This document shows, piece by piece, positions 62,094 through 64,000 of a DNA stretch of 64,000 bases; positions within the stretch are counted from its first letter, which is position 1; each line of letters begins with the position of its first letter. Location of the stretch: positions 29,959 through 93,958 of the forward strand of contig JAYZEG010000066.1 in assembly GCA_036337435.1 (NCBI GenBank), read 5' to 3'. The stretch comes from Myxococcota bacterium (GTDB lineage Bacteria > Myxococcota_A > Bradymonadia > UBA7976 > UBA1532). The notes under the pieces are model-generated. The model saw nothing but the letters and a program-made list of their open reading frames with translations. It was not told the origin of the DNA and did not search any database. The position numbers and the translations under genes are program-made.

Positions 62094-64000
62094 TTAAAGT
62101 TGCTCGGTTTCGATGAGTTCGATATCCAAGGCTAAGCTTTGGAGTTCTTTAATCAGAACATTGAATGATTCAGGTAAACCACTCTCCAAGACATTTTCGC
62201 CCTTTACGATCGCCTCGTACATTCTAGTTCGACCCAAAACGTCATCTGATTTGACAGTCAAGAACTCTTGCAAAGCATAGGCTGCGCCGTAGGCCTCGAG
62301 AGCCCAAACTTCCATTTCACCAAGACGCTGTCCACCAAACTGAGCCTTACCACCCAGTGGTTGCTGCGTGACTAAACTGTACGGCCCGATGGACCGCGCA
62401 TGGATCTTGTCGTCGACGAGGTGATGGAGTTTGAGCATGTACATGACACCCACGGTCACATCGCCGTCAAATGCCTGGCCGCTCCGACCGTCAAACAAGG
62501 TTGATTGTCCAGAAACATTCATGCCAGCCAGTTCGAGAGCTTCCCGGATTTTCGTCTCGGGCGCACCATCGAAGACGGGTGTTGCGATATGCATTCCCTT
62601 CTTGATTTTCGTGATGCTGCGGCGAACGTCTGCATCATCCATCTCATCGACCATCGCGTGATGAGCCTCAGACGTGTAGTACTTCTTCAGTTCGGTCTTC
62701 AGGGCATCCGTGCTGTACTGCTCGTCCAGAAGGCGCTGGATTCGTCGGCCAAGACCGCGTGCAGCCCAACCCAGGTGGGTTTCTAAAACCTGTCCAATGT
62801 TCATACGACTCGGCACACCAAGCGGGTTCAGCACCATCTCAACAGGCGTTCCGTCGATGAGGAATGGCATGTCTTCTTCAGGTAAGATACGGGAAATGAC
62901 GCCCTTATTACCATGCCGACCGGCCATCTTGTCACCAACCTGTAGCTTCCGTTTGATAGCGACATAGACCTTCACCATCTTGATGACGCCCGGAGGAAGT
63001 TCATCACCCTTCTTGAGCTTGTTGATCTTTTCTTGAAAGAGAACACGAATCGCCTGAATTTCCTCGCGCAGGTCTTCAACAATCCGCTCGATTTTGTCAG
63101 GAACGCCTGTGTCTCTATCTAAATCGATTACGTTCCAGTACATCTGAGGGATCGTCTTAATGATCTCAGCAGTTAGTTCCTGGCCCTTATCGATAAGCAC
63201 ATCGCCCTGGTCATCCACCAAGCGACTCGAGACCATTTGGCCTGTGAGGAGCTCCTCTACCTTGCGATAGGCACTCTTCCGAATGATTTTAATCTGGTCA
63301 TTCTGGTCTTTCTCGAGCTTCGCGATCTCGGCATCCTCAATGTCTTGGGCACGCTCATCTTTTTCGATCCCGCGCCGGCTAAACACTTTGGCACTGATCA
63401 CCGTGCCCACAACGCCGGGAGGTACTCGGCTCGATGTATCGCGGACGTCGCCCGCCTTCTCGCCAAAAATCGCGCGGAGAAGCTTTTCCTCGGGACTGAG
63501 TTGGGTCTCGCCTTTCGGCGTGATCTTCCCCACCAAAATGTCGCCAGACTTGACCTCAGCACCGATTCGAACAATGCCAGACTCGTCCAAGTTGGCGAGA
63601 GCCTCCTCGCCAACATTAGGGATGTCTTTGGTAATTTCTTCTTTACCGAGCTTGGTGTCCCGAGCAACACACTCAAATTCTTCGATGTGAATCGACGTGT
63701 ATTGGTCTTCTTTGACGACTTTTTCTGAAATCAGAATGGAATCCTCAAAGTTGTAACCACCCCAGGGCATGAAAGCCACAACCATGTTACGACCAAGAGC
63801 GAGCTCGCCCGTATCCGTTCCCGGTCCATCAGCAATGACATCTCCACGCTTAATCCGATCGCCTTTTTCAACGATCGGTCTTTGGTTGATGCACGTGTTC
63901 TGATTGGAACGTCGGAACTTAAGAAGGTTGTAAATATCGGGTTTTGTCGAAATGTTGTCGCTATCGACCTTGACGACTATCCGAGTCGCGTCACCACGTT
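62094..64000 (-). CDS. rpoB: RNA polymerase beta subunit, 5'-truncated by window edge
   Basis: [19 protein letters not shown] and [12 protein letters not shown] motifs; frame continues past the window end. Confidence 0.99.
   Translation of the reverse strand, partial: RGDATRIVVKVDSDNISTKPDIYNLLKFRRSNQNTCINQRPIVEKGDRIKRGDVIADGPGTDTGELALGRNMVVAFMPWGGYNFEDSILISEKVVKEDQYTSIHIEEFECVARDTKLGKEEITKDIPNVGEEALANLDESGIVRIGAEVKSGDILVGKITPKGETQLSPEEKLLRAIFGEKAGDVRDTSSRVPPGVVGTVISAKVFSRRGIEKDERAQDIEDAEIAKLEKDQNDQIKIIRKSAYRKVEELLTGQMVSSRLVDDQGDVLIDKGQELTAEIIKTIPQMYWNVIDLDRDTGVPDKIERIVEDLREEIQAIRVLFQEKINKLKKGDELPPGVIKMVKVYVAIKRKLQVGDKMAGRHGNKGVISRILPEEDMPFLIDGTPVEMVLNPLGVPSRMNIGQVLETHLGWAARGLGRRIQRLLDEQYSTDALKTELKKYYTSEAHHAMVDEMDDADVRRSITKIKKGMHIATPVFDGAPETKIREALELAGMNVSGQSTLFDGRSGQAFDGDVTVGVMYMLKLHHLVDDKIHARSIGPYSLVTQQPLGGKAQFGGQRLGEMEVWALEAYGAAYALQEFLTVKSDDVLGRTRMYEAIVKGENVLESGLPESFNVLIKELQSLALDIELIETEQL

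Overview
Bacterial chromosomal window, most likely from a Myxococcota/Bradymonadia-like deltaproteobacterium. That assignment is inferred from the DWG-type Ser/Thr kinase with an FGE-like domain, PEGA and Cys-rich 'CDGLIDE' proteins, a multiheme cytochrome and the EF-G type. Positions 1-41.5 kb hold envelope, signalling and housekeeping genes: SpoIID-like protein, membrane sulfatase-like enzyme, TPR protein, kinase, a translationally coupled type IV minor-pilin operon (fimT/U-pilV-pilW-pilX-pilY1), then, head-to-head with it, an operon encoding a beta-barrel, an 11-heme cytochrome c, a lipoprotein and a FadL-like barrel. These are followed by yitJ, ubiB/ABC1, murJ, prfC, ttcA, trmH, pckA, a two-component system with acpS, and a two-subunit CoA-transferase. 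Positions 41.6-64 kb are the minus-strand rpoB-rpoC-str-S10-spc-alpha supercluster. Most notable observations: (1) the porin-cytochrome operon divergent from the pilus-tip operon; (2) PilY1 split into two genes, each with its own signal peptide; (3) a ribosomal cluster cleanly lacking rplC, rpsN, rpsD and tuf; (4) a str-operon EF-G with degenerate domain IV tip loops; (5) extensions or insertions in bL17, uL24 and uL23; (6) several apparently leaderless promoters. No rRNA, tRNA, CRISPR array or mobile element was recognised. All assignments come from motif reading by eye; no searches were run.
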